A stretch of 63,284 nucleotides of DNA, counting the filler, from Atractiella rhizophila (taxonomy: Eukaryota): NCBI GenBank assembly GCA_021432655.1. It is 23 parts of 23 records of this genome, joined end to end, with 100 filler letters (N's around TTAATTAATTAA, not from the genome) between each part and the next. Parts side by side here need not be neighbours in the genome. Positions count along the whole stretch, not along the records: positions 36,169 to 38,822 come from MU272644.1; positions 38,923 to 41,572 come from MU272645.1; positions 41,673 to 44,322 come from MU272646.1; positions 44,423 to 47,066 come from MU272647.1; positions 47,167 to 49,805 come from MU272648.1; 18 more parts are not named here. One strand, given 5' to 3'. The notes beneath the pieces are model-generated. The model was given only the letters and a program-made list of their open reading frames with translations, ran no database searches and had not been told where the DNA came from. Shown piece by piece: positions 37,656 to 49,905 of the stretch. How positions within the stretch are numbered: position 1 is the first letter of the stretch; each line of letters begins with the position of its first letter. Position numbers and translations under genes: made by a program.

Positions 37656-38822
37656 ATGGATGCCTACCACCCTATCAAGCGAATCATGCGTCTCTTGAAA
37701 CAGCTGTCCAAAACATCCAAGAAACAAGTTCAGCAGGATCAACCCATTCTTGACATGCCATTTACTGGGTCGAAATCTTCGCCATTGTCACCAGCGCGTT
37801 CTCAGACATCTGCATTCGTATCACTTCCATTCGAAATATTGCTGATGATATTTGATTTATTTATCCCTCCCCCTTCAATGCGGAGGGTCGTGAAGTATAC
37901 CCGACTGTCGAGATCAGAGGTCTTGGCATATTCTTCGCTTTTGTCGCTCTCCCTTACCTGCAAAGCAATTTTGCCTGCCGCACGTGTGACTCTGTACACC
38001 TATCCATGTTTCATGCGCACGGGTCAGGAGGGTCAGTTTCTGGAGAGTTTGCGATCCAACGACGACTTGCGGCAACTAGTCAAAAGAATGGATTTTTGGG
38101 ATCTCAAACCCGGATGGAAGGAGCTGCGACGAGTTCATTGTGCGTTATTGGTTTTATGCGACCTTGAATTTGTTACTTTAGATCGTGAGTCTCCCCTTTT
38201 CCTTTTCCCAACAAGTGACATATATTGACGAACTCTGCAGGTCCTCATCCAGTGGATGGCGCTGAAACCGCTTGGTCAATGTTGGTATCACGGTCACATC
38301 AACTTCGCAGCCTCAAAGTCACCTTTGGGACCATGCCCTTCACCCAAGTTGCCGGAGACTTAGTGCGATTCGCGAATCTGGAACTTCTCGACTTGGAGGC
38401 TGATACTCCATCCTTCATTGACCAGGATGTGACCCTTCCCAAAGAACAGCCTAGTTTCAAACTGGCCGAACTTCGGCTCAAACAATGCGACAGCTTTCAG
38501 AGGGTGATCTCGTGGATGTTAACAAAAACTTCTCGAGAAGCTTCTCTGCGCAAATTAGATCTACATATTGATAAAGGACGATGTCCCGACTGGCTTTGGG
38601 CATTTCATTCGCTTCCTGTCCTCCGCGACCTATCACAATTCTCCTTAACTCTCTCTTTGAATGTGATTCCTACGAGAGATAACCCTCCCCTATCATTACG
38701 ATTTCTCGATGACGAAGACCTCCTCCACCTCCCGGAGCTCCTTTCCATGCTTCCTCCACATCTGTCTCACCTCACATTAGCTGCTCCTGGCGGCTCTGCA
38801 TTCTTCGTCCCTAATATTTTGA
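37656..38822 (+). CDS. F-box-like protein with Leu-rich C-terminus (3' truncated)
   Basis: SLPFEILLMIFDL...LLSLSLTCKAILPAARVTLY, followed by LxxLxL repeats; intron at about 38185-38240. Confidence 0.75.
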
Positions 38823-39256
38823 NNNNNNNNNNNNNNNNNNNNNNNNNNNNNNNNNNNNNNNNNNNNTTAATTAATTAANNNNNNNNNNNNNNNNNNNNNN
38901 NNNNNNNNNNNNNNNNNNNNNNAATACATATGATACCATAAACAAACATCGAAGATGCAAGAGAGTAAAGTAACAATCATAAGAGACGAAATAGTGGAGT
39001 AAGGAGAGATACTAACAATCATTACAGGATCACCTAATGCGTGACCTGAATGTTGCAATGAGGGGAAGAATGATGGGGAGAGAAGAGGTGTTGGAAGGAC
39101 AGGGAATTCCCCAAAGTAGTGTCGAAGCAGTAGACGGGAACCATGACTCTACGGAGGAGTCATCGTATCCACAATAGACTGTCCTTCTATTTACTGTAGT
39201 TCGACTCTTTCAACAACCACTTCTCATTGAACTTTGGGATGACGACGATTATCAGA

Positions 39257-39846
39257 ATGTTTCGTTTAGCACCTCTGTTCCGCTCCACTCGCCCTCAGAG
39301 ACTCTTCAGCGCGACGGCACTGCGCCAGCGTGACCCCTACCCTGTTCCCTCCGACCTCCAACCACCTCCAATCCCTGACCTGCCCCGAGTGAATCCTGAG
39401 CGCCCAACGGAAGGGGAGAGCGCAGAACGCATGCGAGCAAGGTTGTTATATAACACGAGGAAGAGAGGGATTCTGGAGACCGATTTGCTTCTGAGCACTT
39501 TTGCAACGCGGGAGCGGTTGGCCACATGGGATGAGAAGAGGCTGGAAGAGTTCGATCGTGTATGCTCTTGTCTTTACTGCTTCTTACGGAGCTTGAGGAA
39601 TGTTGAGATAATTTTATGGATTATTGTAGTTTCTCACGTTGCCAGATTGGTCCATTTATTACCTTAGTCCGCCTCTTCTGCTTCCTCCTTTCAAACTTTG
39701 CTGAGGGTATGTGTTGTTGCTGAGCAGGTATAGGCAAACAAGACCCGCCTAAAGACTCGGAGCTCGAGAGAAGCTGGATTGTGGAGGAGTTGAGGGAGCA
39801 TGCGAAAAATAAGGATAGGGTGACAAGGAAGATGCCCGACCTTTGA
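39257..39846 (+). CDS. SDH5: Succinate dehydrogenase assembly factor 2 (flavinator)
   Basis: Arg-rich presequence, RARLLYNTRKRGILETDLLLSTFA, EEFDR/FLTLPDWSIYY; two introns. Confidence 0.95.
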
Positions 39847-40085
39847 ACCCATTGGCTCAATCCTTCCATCGCGAAAGTTGAGCCAATAAAAGTGTTTATT
39901 GTAAATGCTAATGAGCGGACGCAATAAATCTGCCATTCACTGAACAACAGAGGAAGTGAAGATAGAATTACAACTCAGGGAAGCAAAATACAGCAGAAGC
40001 TACCGACGGTCAAAATTTCCGGTTAGGACAGGAACGAGGTATTCACGCGCACAAACCACAAACCACAATCTGATCCCTAAAGTGC

Positions 40086-41572
40086 CTAGTCATCATCTGC
40101 TCCGGCGAGTTCATCAACATCATTAATCCCCTCCGCTGTGATTTGGAAGACTGCGCTAGCTTCAGGGAGATTAGGGGAGTCAGTAATCTTTGCTCCCCGT
40201 GTCGCGCCTTTCTTTTTCGATAGGTGCACACTAAGCCCAATGCGTTCATTTGTCAGCCTCAACCAGAAGAAACAAAGGCGAAACAAAGAGCACCGAACGG
40301 TAGACGCATGAGCAATAATGTTTCCACCAATGGGCTTGATGCTTGGTCCTGCCGTTGCGAAAGGATTGTCGAGTTGAGCGACAACTTGATTTGTTATCAC
40401 TACTGCCACTCCGAACTATCCGCAACAACCAGATAAGTATCACCCCGCTTCCATCAAATGAAAGCAACAATACAAAGGACGCACCTCATCCGCCATTCGT
40501 TGCAGTGTGCGAAGGAATTTCGCCATATGCATCTGCCTCGCGCTCAGCTCGCCTCTTCCCGAGTAGTCCGTACGGTATAATGAGGTGGCAGAATCGCAAA
40601 TAATAAGTGAAAAACTAACCTCCGCTTGATGATCAGCTTCACCCATGTTGGGAAAAGAAGCATAGTTCACCGTGATTCACTCATAAATGCTGCTCCTTGA
40701 GCAAGAAGCTCCATCTGATGATCCACATTGTAAGCCCGTGCGTATGCCACGTTATCCAGCACCGATTCAGGCTGCAGACCGTAACGTTCGGCAATTGCTA
40801 TCAATCGTTCGGGTCGGAAGGTACCTTCCGTATCGATGAACAGACATTTGCCTTCTCCGCCTCGCATCGAGATTGGAAGCTGTCTATGACATTAGGGGGA
40901 GTTCACGTTGGGGGTTGAGAGAAGGAAGGAGGAGGTACACACTTGGCAGGTCACGGCTAGGTGATGGCTTATTTGGGACTTGCCGGTTCGGAATTCTCCA
41001 AAAAGCTCAGTGATTGCACCAGTCTCAATGCCACCTGCTCATCAACATGATGAGACTGTGTCCCTGAATCTGCAAGGAAACTTGCCGCCCAGAAGGATAT
41101 CAAGTTGAGCGCTTCCTGTCGTTATGCACACCAAATCAGCCCGTCGGGCATGGTATTCCGTCGCAGTGGTGAAGCCCATTGGGATGATCTTTGTAACTGC
41201 ACACATCTTTCAGCACAATCTTTTCTTTGAACAAGAAAGGAGGTAATCACCTTCCTTCATGATCTTCTCCACTTTCGCATCGCTGAATCCCTTCAGCGAC
41301 GAAAGATGCCGACGACTTGTAAAAGCGACACTTTCAACGGTCGTATATCCAGCAGCCATCAGGGTATCAATGTCGCGAGATTTAATGCCATTTATTCCCT
41401 TTGCATACACGCCACATCACTCTCCTTCCCAAAAACGCCGACTCAAACACAAAGGAAAACGGACCTCAAGCGTGCGTAATGGGGTAGCATTAGTCAATAT
41501 CCTTCCCTGATCCACTTCCTCTTCCACGGCACCTTCTATCGCGGGATCAACATAGGCAGAAGTAGACGCGTC
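40086..41572 (-). CDS. RAD51: Rad51-family recombinase (divergent), 5' truncated
   Basis: [74 protein letters not shown]; multiple short introns. Confidence 0.9.
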
Positions 41573-42718
41573 NNNNNNNNNNNNNNNNNNNNNNNNNNNN
41601 NNNNNNNNNNNNNNNNTTAATTAATTAANNNNNNNNNNNNNNNNNNNNNNNNNNNNNNNNNNNNNNNNNNNNGAGGAATTTCACCAACTGGTGGTACTGA
41701 ATAAGTAGTGACAAATTGTGCGAAACATTTTTCTGTATATGGGTTCTAGGCTGAGATGGCTTTCATCAACCTTCACATGTGCCAAATTTGTGTTTTCATT
41801 GTTCGATATAATACTGAATTTTCTTTCTACTATTCTTTCCGATGCCTTGATCGATTAGGACTAATCACGACTGGTTTAATTTGCAGAGCAGGCAGAGAGA
41901 CAGCACTTCAACATTGATGCCGTCGAAAGAACGGACAAGATTTGTTTCACATAAAGGCAAGGAAAATACAGAACAACGTCATGACAGCCTTGGCCCTTCG
42001 TTCGCTGTGGAATGATAGGCATACAAGAACAGGAAATGAAGTGACGCTCACAAGCTCACTGAGGGAACATCGAGTTTTCGAGATAGGTGGATGTCGACGG
42101 AGTGTCAACATGAATAATACATCATTGTAATATCACACGCCATGCTATAACATATGATGCATGATGCCTTGTGCCTCAGATAATTAGCCTGAGCTCGGTT
42201 TGATATTTTTTATAGCTTGCCACTGATATGCCACTGAAGTGAAGTGCAAGAGCGCAGGATTGACCCTGGCATTGACCGGTTCCCAACCGTCTGCAAAGAT
42301 CATTTGTCCTTCAGATGAAAAGACTGCGTGATGCCACTGACAGCTGTGCGCGTCAGTACACACCTTCTCTGAGATATTCTCACTTAAAATATTTGAGAAA
42401 CGCGTCGCAACCGGTCATTGTCTAGAAGTGACAACATCTAGAATCCGACCGCCGCATCCGACCCAAACGAGTAAATTTGCTACGCGTCCACAAATCTGCA
42501 GGAGAAAGGAAATTCTTATGCGGTGAAGGGTGTTCTGAGCTAGGGAGTAGGATACAAGTGAGTTTTTAGGCATTCTGATTGGGAACGGTGTTGCTCGTCA
42601 ATGCATATGAGCACGTCGATCCTGCTTTGTGCAGGAAGAGAGAGTGCCGCAGGAGAAATGCTGCAAGAACGAAGCCTGATGTCTTTTTATTACTGCTTCT
42701 AGTCCAAAATCATGCCAC

Positions 42719-44322
42719 ATGCCTCTATACCGTCGTCGAAACATCAATTCCGTAATCCTCTTCTCGAGGTACCAACGTCGACACCTGCGTCGCCTTCATC
42801 CTACCCTGCTTCACCGTTCCTCTCCTCAAATTGCTCAAATACGCGCACTCGATAGCCTCTCTCCTCCCTCCCGCCATGCTTCCACCTCGACCTCCAATTC
42901 TCTCGCTTCTGCACCTACCGACACCACCGTCATCCCGTCCCCGTCCAAATCACCAACACCGCCAAAAGGATTCTTCCAACGGGTCATTGCTCCTTTCTTA
43001 AGGCTCTCTGAGAAGGAGTATCTCGCCCGTCGGCAGCCTCTGGAAACCAAATTCTTAATGCTTTTGGATGCTGCTGGCGGTCGAATGAGCGCACCGTCTC
43101 TGGATGAGGAGCAGTTGGAGGAGTTAGAAAACGCTTATTCTGCGCTCATTGAGTTGGACGAGAGGAGATATGGGCCACGGGAGAGAGGGACAAAGAGGAG
43201 ACCCTATGACGGAAGGATCTCGATTGAGGACTTGGATCTCTTCATGGCTGTTCTAGCTAAGAAAGCGCCAGGGAACAGCAAGAAGAGGGCGAAATTGATC
43301 CAGACGGTGTTTGAGGACAGTACTGAGATTTTTGGGCAGTCTCCGGAGGAGTTTCACACCACTGAACGTTATGATGTGGTTGTCGTCGCCTTCAGTTTAG
43401 CTCGCGATCCCACAGCCATTTCGAAGTTTCTCAAAAGCGCGATGCTTCATCTCAACTACACTCCCACTCCCCAACAATTTTACCTCCTCCTGCGTGGCTT
43501 TCTCGACGACTTCCCCGTCCTCTTCCACAAGAACTGGCACCTTATGAATCGCTACGCGGCTACTCGTTCTTATGCTCAGATGGCGTATTTCCGCAACCTC
43601 CTTCTCGAATATCAACTTCTGGAGTCGGATGGGGCTGCGTTCGGGACGTTGAGGAGGATGGGAAAGTGGAGGAATGCAGAGACCTGGAGGACGGTGTTGG
43701 AATGTGAGACCATGACATTCAAGAACGCTCGTCACAAGCTATGGAAACGCGTTACGAGCAAATCGAAAGCGTCGCTCCTTCATCGAATGCATGGGGAATT
43801 TCAAGTCCCCCCAGTCTATCCCGCTCGCCTCGTCGGGAAGAGTGCAGAGGAAATCACACAAAGTCTTCGCCTCTCATATTGGAAAGCTCTTCTCAGCTAC
43901 TCCGCACGGGAGGAAGGGTTCGAGGAGACTGCTCGCATCTTCCACCTGGCCTTAGGCGACCTCAGGGACGCAAAAGACATCTCAAAATACCTCTTCCAGA
44001 GTTTTAACCCAGATACCGATCGTAGGAAGGGAGAAACAGCCCTCGAAGTTCTAGGACGCCTTCAAACCGACATGATCGGTCCCTCCTATCGCGCCGATCC
44101 TGAAGACGTCACTGCACTCCTCTCCAAATTCTCTCTCCCACAGACAAACACCAAAGTAAGTGGCGAGACAAGAGAATCTCATTCTGCGAAGCTTCAAGAT
44201 GCCATATACCTCTATGATCATGCTGTTGGGACCCAGAACGTCCTCAAGGATCAGGCTATCGCTTCTGACCTCCTTTTCAGCTTAGGCTATCTGTGGGATG
44301 ACAGTGATACGTTCGAGATTCC
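42719..44322 (+). CDS. Helical-repeat (possibly PPR-like) protein with a mitochondrial-presequence-like N-terminus, 3' truncated
   Basis: ORF of more than 530 codons with an Arg/Ser-rich N-terminus. Motifs such as YTPTPQQFYLLLRGF and NAETWRTVL are only weakly PPR-like. Confidence 0.55.
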
Positions 44323-44455
44323 NNNNNNNNNNNNNNNNNNNNNNNNNNNNNNNNNNNNNNNNNNNNTTAATTAATTAANNNNNNNNNNNNNNNNNNNNNN
44401 NNNNNNNNNNNNNNNNNNNNNNGTCGTCATCTTCAACATAAGACATACTGTTCAG

Positions 44456-46128
44456 ATGAGCAAGTCAGCCTACGGTGAAAAGGCAGCAGCGGTATGTCTG
44501 CAACTGTCTAACTTACCAAACGCAGCTGACGAACAACAGGGACCCTCCTTCCGGCGCACCTGGGATGTAGAGGAATACGCACAGAAGGCGAAGGAGAAGG
44601 TCCGTCGCCACTTTCGCAGCTTGCTTGTTTATAGAAGGAGACTAAATGTACCTATTTACCTTGGGATAGGACGAGAAGGCGAGAGAACATGCGATTAAGG
44701 CTGAAGAGGCGGCTAAGCAGGGTACGTCGTCCTTATTGTGTTTCTCTACGCTTGCGTTTCTGCGTTGCATATGTTTGAGAATTGTGATATGAAAACGTCT
44801 CTACCTATCAGGCATTGTCCAGCGAGCAGATGGAATTATTATCTCCATATCTGTAGCACATATGGATGGAATGTTGCCTGTTAGCACTTTGGTATTGCTC
44901 GCTACTGAAGAAGCCCACATCTGTATCCGAGCAATAGCGCGGTTTCTGTTCTTCAAACCTGCGTCAGCATGTCATCGGATGATAATTCTGCCTACCATCT
45001 GATATCCATTGGTGTCTGATGGATTCCAGTATGTGTATACACGTAGATATGGACCTCAACTCCCAGTCAGAGTAAAGATCGGGGATTCGTTATAAATCCT
45101 GGTCAAATTCTGTGATGTGGATGCTGAAAGCTTTTCGTCGATGAGCTTCCTTTCTGTATTCATGTTGTCTTGAATGCACGAAAATGTACTCCATTTTAAT
45201 TCCAAACAAACTTGAAATCAGCGGTGGTGGATGCTTCCAGGCATACAGAGGTTAAACGAGTGCGCTCTCGCTCGACGATTTCCACGTACTTGGTAGTTTT
45301 CGGTCCCCCTTCAGTATTCTCATGAAGCATTAGCTCCTAGCACCTTCCCTACCCTTTCCTTTTACGAAGAGTTTCCAATAGTCATTTCCTCATTGCACAT
45401 TGAGATTCTTGCAAAGTTCTCACATTTTTTTGCTTTCTCTCCCAATGCAGACACTGATACATACACTACGGGTTGCTGACATTATGAATGGTCACAGGGA
45501 AGCGGTATAAGAAAAAGGACGATGTGCCGAAACCCACCGAGTTAATGAAAGCTCGAGAGGCGCCATTAAACCTAGACAAAGACGTGGGGAAGACGCTGCT
45601 CGTTTCAGCCACGACGAATAAAGGCCAGCCGGGCTACTTTTGCGAGACGTGCAACAAAGTGTGCAAAGACTCGGTTGGCTACTTGGACCATATTAACGGT
45701 CGAAATCGTACGCATTTACTGCTCCACAGAAAACAAGCAAAGGCACATCGGCTGTGGCTGTGAATAGATTTGAGACGGTTGGGACAGACGACCAAGTTGC
45801 ATCGTTCGACGCTCCAGGAGGTCCGGGAACGGATAGCGATGCTGAGAGAAAAGTCGAAGAAGGAAAGTGATGGGAAGAAATACGATTTCGAGAAACGTCT
45901 GAATGATATTCGCGAAACTGAGGTTGGCGTCTGGTCTTCTCCCGAACGGGACTGATGAATAATGTACAGAAAGAGGAGCGAAGGAAGAAGAAGGAGAAGA
46001 AGGAAGCGATCAAGGAGCAGAAGCGGAAAGAGGAGGAGGAGAAGGAGAAGATGGACGTGGATGGGGAAGGAGAGGCTATGATGGGCATGATGGGATTCGC
46101 TGGATTTGGAGCTGCGAAAAAACGGTGA
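44456..46128 (+). CDS. SNU23: Spliceosomal zinc-finger protein Snu23/ZMAT2
   Basis: FRRTWDVEEY, GYFCETCNKVCKDSVGYLDHING, RSTLQEVRERI, MMGFAGFG. Five short introns plus one 776-nt intron at 44722-45497. Confidence 0.93.
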
Positions 46129-46640
46129 TTCGTGGTATGCACCCACCATTTAGATCCTCTATTACGCATTTTTGATGTGGTCTTGATACAGCTCTTCTCA
46201 ACCTTCAGTTCTTCGGCTTCTCTTGTACATCAATGTCTTATAACATTAGTCCAAGCATTATCGTCCAGTTCATCATGCATCATCAGGCACTGCGTTCGCG
46301 CCAGCTCGCACTTTTTATGTTGTCACTGTTCACAGCGCTGCTTCAGCGAAGTTCGGCCATAATTCGGAGCTCCTGTCACTTCCCGACTCCCCGAGCCAGA
46401 GTACACTCCGTCCCTGCCATCATTCAACTCTGCTGTTTCTGCTTCGTCGCAGCTTCGTCGATAACATCAAGTGTTGACTCCTCCGAGCCGGCGAGGCTGC
46501 GCAGAGAAAGGAGGCTCGCATCAATCTATCATGGCAACTCATAAAAGACATCAGGTTATCTTCTCAAGTTCATAATCCAAAACATATTGAAGTCTTACAG
46601 TCCTAACAAGCAACACACTCCCCACTCTCTTCCATCGTGA

Positions 46641-47066
46641 ATGTCGACTCCAGTCATCTTCTTCGGCGCCTCCCGCGGATGTGCTTTCTACGCCGCTTTG
46701 CACACTCTCAAACACACTTCACGAACTTGCTTCCTCCTCCTCCGAAAACCTGATCTCTTTCAAGAAACCGAAGAATATAAGTCGTTGGAGGAGAAACAGA
46801 AGAGTCGATGCGTCATCATTCCTGGCGACGCTTTCAAGAAAGAAGACATCCAAAGGATTTTCGAGATTGCTGGGAGTGATTGCAGAACTGTGGTGTCCAG
46901 CATCGGTAAGCAGTCATCCTGTCTTCCATTCACCATTTTGCGCGACTTATCGGAACGTTGAAGGGATGGCCCCAAGTCAAGGGCATTTTGGACTACCCAA
47001 ATTGGAGTTTGCTTGTGGTGTCCAAGCGGTCTTTCCCGTGAAAGACGTGTGCGAGAGGAGCATGGC
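46641..47066 (+). CDS. NAD(P)-binding Rossmann-fold protein (atypical SDR), 3' truncated
   Basis: VIFFGASRGCA, LLRKP, IIPGDAF, VVSSIG. Confidence 0.75.
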
Positions 47067-47166
47067 NNNNNNNNNNNNNNNNNNNNNNNNNNNNNNNNNN
47101 NNNNNNNNNNTTAATTAATTAANNNNNNNNNNNNNNNNNNNNNNNNNNNNNNNNNNNNNNNNNNNN

Positions 47167-47897
47167 AGGGGACTGATATCCCAGAATTCAGCTGGATCAC
47201 CGGCGAAGGGAATGAGAAGAAGAGATTGCGTTCGGATAGGATTGCGTACATTGGATTGAGGGATGTGGATGTGGGCGAGAAGAAGATCATCAAGGATTTA
47301 GGAATAACTGCTTTCTCGTGCGTTCCCTTCTACTTCTCGACACGAATGGCTCAAACGTGGATGAATGCATTGCATTGTAGGATGTACCACGTCGATAAAT
47401 ACGGCATTGCCCAAGTCCTTGAGCGCGCACTAGACGCAGTTAACCCTGCCCGAGATCGACCTATCCACCTCACCTTCGATGTGGACGCCATGGACCCATC
47501 AGTTGCTCCTGTGCGTCCTTCTCGCTCATTTTCTGTCTGTCCTTCCTAACTTCGGGCAATTGCACGTTAGAGCACGGGCACTCCGGTAAGAGGCGGCTTG
47601 AGCTTCAGGGAGGGACACTATATCTGCGAAGCCCTCGCCGAGACGGGTCTCTTGGTCGCTGTGGATATCATGGTTTGTTGTTTCAAATGCAACGTTTGAA
47701 AGATGAGCTGATTGCTATGACATGGAATAGGAGGTCAACCCGTCCCTCGAAGATGCGAAAGCTGTCCAGCAGACAGTTAGCGTAGGAAGAAGTTTGGTGA
47801 GATGTGCTTTGGGTACGTCTCACTTTTATCTTTCCCTTCCTGACAATGTGACGCTGAATTTATTCTTTTACCCTGGTTAGGTGAAACCCTTCTGTAA
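47167..47897 (+). CDS. CAR1: Arginase, 3' part (copy A)
   Basis: [56 protein letters not shown]. Confidence 0.95.
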
Positions 47898-49805
47898 TTT
47901 CAGTGTTCAGTGGAAAAATGAAGGAGAAACGCTATCGTTATTTGCATTCAACTGCATCGTGTAACACAGTTTCTGTTCACCCCAAACTATAATAGTTACA
48001 GTAAATGAAGATGACACTGAGAATGACAAACCTCTGATCCCGACTACTACAAACTCATCCTCCTCTTTCAGTCCATCTCTGAGCAGAATGAATTTTTCAA
48101 CTTGACTTCCACGCCGTTGTGAACCATCATCCGTAACAAGATCTCCTCATCCTCCTCCCGTGCTCTCCCTTCAAAGTCTACCTCAACCTCTTCCAGCGCT
48201 CCCCTCCCCTTCCTCAACCCTCCCAAAAATCGTCGTTGAATCTTCAAGATCCTCAACTTTGTACAACTCCTGATGATGGGCTCGAGGAAAGTTGATGCCA
48301 CTCTCGCGAGCTCCCTCTCACTCAAATAATCATGCACCTTCAGCTGCAGCTCCTCCAAGTGTTCCAGGCCTGCAAGGGCGTCGCAGAGTAAGGAGAAAGA
48401 GCAATTGTCCTGCGTTTTCAACGTCACGTCTACCTTCTCGAGGGAAGGAGCGGAAGCGATCGCAGATTCGATGCGAAGAGAAGGACTATAAGCAGCCTCG
48501 TTGATGGTGAGTGATTTAAGTGTGGAAGTAAAGAAGAATGAAGGATATGCTTGACGATATGGAAACACCCGCATGGGGTTATTGATTTTGAGATGGTAGA
48601 GCCATCCCTGTCCAGCCTCTTCCGCGTTCCCCGAATGTGAGGTCGAGAGGTTTAATGGTGTACTGCATTGAGTCGTCATGTTCAGCTTTTGAGGGCGACG
48701 CAGGACGACGGCATTCCACAGCGAGGTGTGACCTATGTGCACCTTGCTGACATCTACCTCTTCCGCCCTCTCTGTCAACTCGACAATAGCCGCAACCACA
48801 TTTAAATAATCTCTCGCGGTTTCCGACCACCTCAAAACCTCGGGAACCGTAATCTTCCTCACTGCGTTAGCCAACGATGGGGAGGCGGCGAGTTGGGAGT
48901 GACATGATTGGATGTGGGTGTGAGAGATGGGCAAGTGGAGCGAACGGACAAGAGCTGGGAGAGAGATGGAATGGAATTGCCGGGAAACGAAGAGCATGGT
49001 GTGGAGTTCAGGCGAAGAGAGGTAGATGGCTATCAGATGGACTACGTCGAGACAGACTCGTGGTTGCGTGCTCGTCACACAACTACACCTCAGCTGATTA
49101 GCATGGACCGCTCTTTTGCAGCAAGAAGGAGGTTTGGTACCATTTCGAACCAGCTGTCTTGTATAAACCATTCATCTTTCCAGTTCGATGTCACAGCGAA
49201 TCCCATCGCCCCATATTACCACCGTTTATATAATAACGTTTCCCCGTCCCGAACTGAAGCTGTCGGCGCTTGTCCGGCGTAACTCCTCGCCTTGCGCAAC
49301 TTGGATGGACATAGAAGCGTCTGTACCACATCAGGCCGCGCGGTTTTCGCCTTCATACTCTCATCTGTACTACAACCAACCTAACCCTGGGCCCATGGTG
49401 TCAGCTTGAGTTGAACCTGGATTACCGCAAACGGCGAGAAGGGGCTATGATATGGATGCCCAGAAGTTCCATGACAGGAGCGAAGTCTACAGAAGCACAA
49501 TTCGAAAAACGCTGGAATTTTTGGCAGAAAATGAAGCTCGGGGCTGGTTCACTGGAGATTGGAAAGCAACCTAAGGGCAAGAGAAAATTAAAAAGATAAT
49601 GGATTGTGGAGGATTGTGAGTAAGAAAAGGTGCAGACCGGCTTTGTCAAAAGGTTTGAAGTGGATCCAGCCGAGGTTGCACTCTTTCGCACTATCTCAAA
49701 GCGATATCTTGTGGTCAAAAGACTTCGGCACGGAAAGGAGAGGGCAAAGCTTCAGCCACCACCACCACCCACCGAGCTTCATGACCATGCTCGCCAGAGA
49801 GGTAA
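47594..49805 (+). repeat. Duplicated segment, copy A (matches 55334 to about 57535)
   Basis: Collinear, near-identical sequence including introns and intergenic DNA. Confidence 0.97.
48068..49171 (-). CDS. F-box-like / Leu-rich protein, 367 aa, intronless (copy A)
   Basis: VCLDVVHLIAIYL...MLFVSRQFH is a degenerate F-box, followed by LxxLxL repeats. The ORF is preserved in both copies. Confidence 0.72.
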   Translation of the reverse strand: MVYTRQLVRNGTKPPSCCKRAVHANQLRCSCVTSTQPRVCLDVVHLIAIYLSSPELHTMLFVSRQFHSISLPALVRSLHLPISHTHIQSCHSQLAASPSLANAVRKITVPEVLRWSETARDYLNVVAAIVELTERAEEVDVSKVHIGHTSLWNAVVLRRPQKLNMTTQCSTPLNLSTSHSGNAEEAGQGWLYHLKINNPMRVFPYRQAYPSFFFTSTLKSLTINEAAYSPSLRIESAIASAPSLEKVDVTLKTQDNCSFSLLCDALAGLEHLEELQLKVHDYLSERELARVASTFLEPIIRSCTKLRILKIQRRFLGGLRKGRGALEEVEVDFEGRAREEDEEILLRMMVHNGVEVKLKNSFCSEMD

Positions 49806-49905
49806 NNNNNNNNNNNNNNNNNNNNNNNNNNNNNNNNNNNNNNNNNNNNTTAATTAATTAANNNNNNNNNNNNNNNNNNNNNNNNNNNNNNNNNNNNNNN
49901 NNNNN

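Noticed and set aside
40086..41572. Calling the recombinase DMC1
   Set aside because: Loop L1 ([15 protein letters not shown]), GFTTATEYH and GGNIIAHA are Rad51-type residues.
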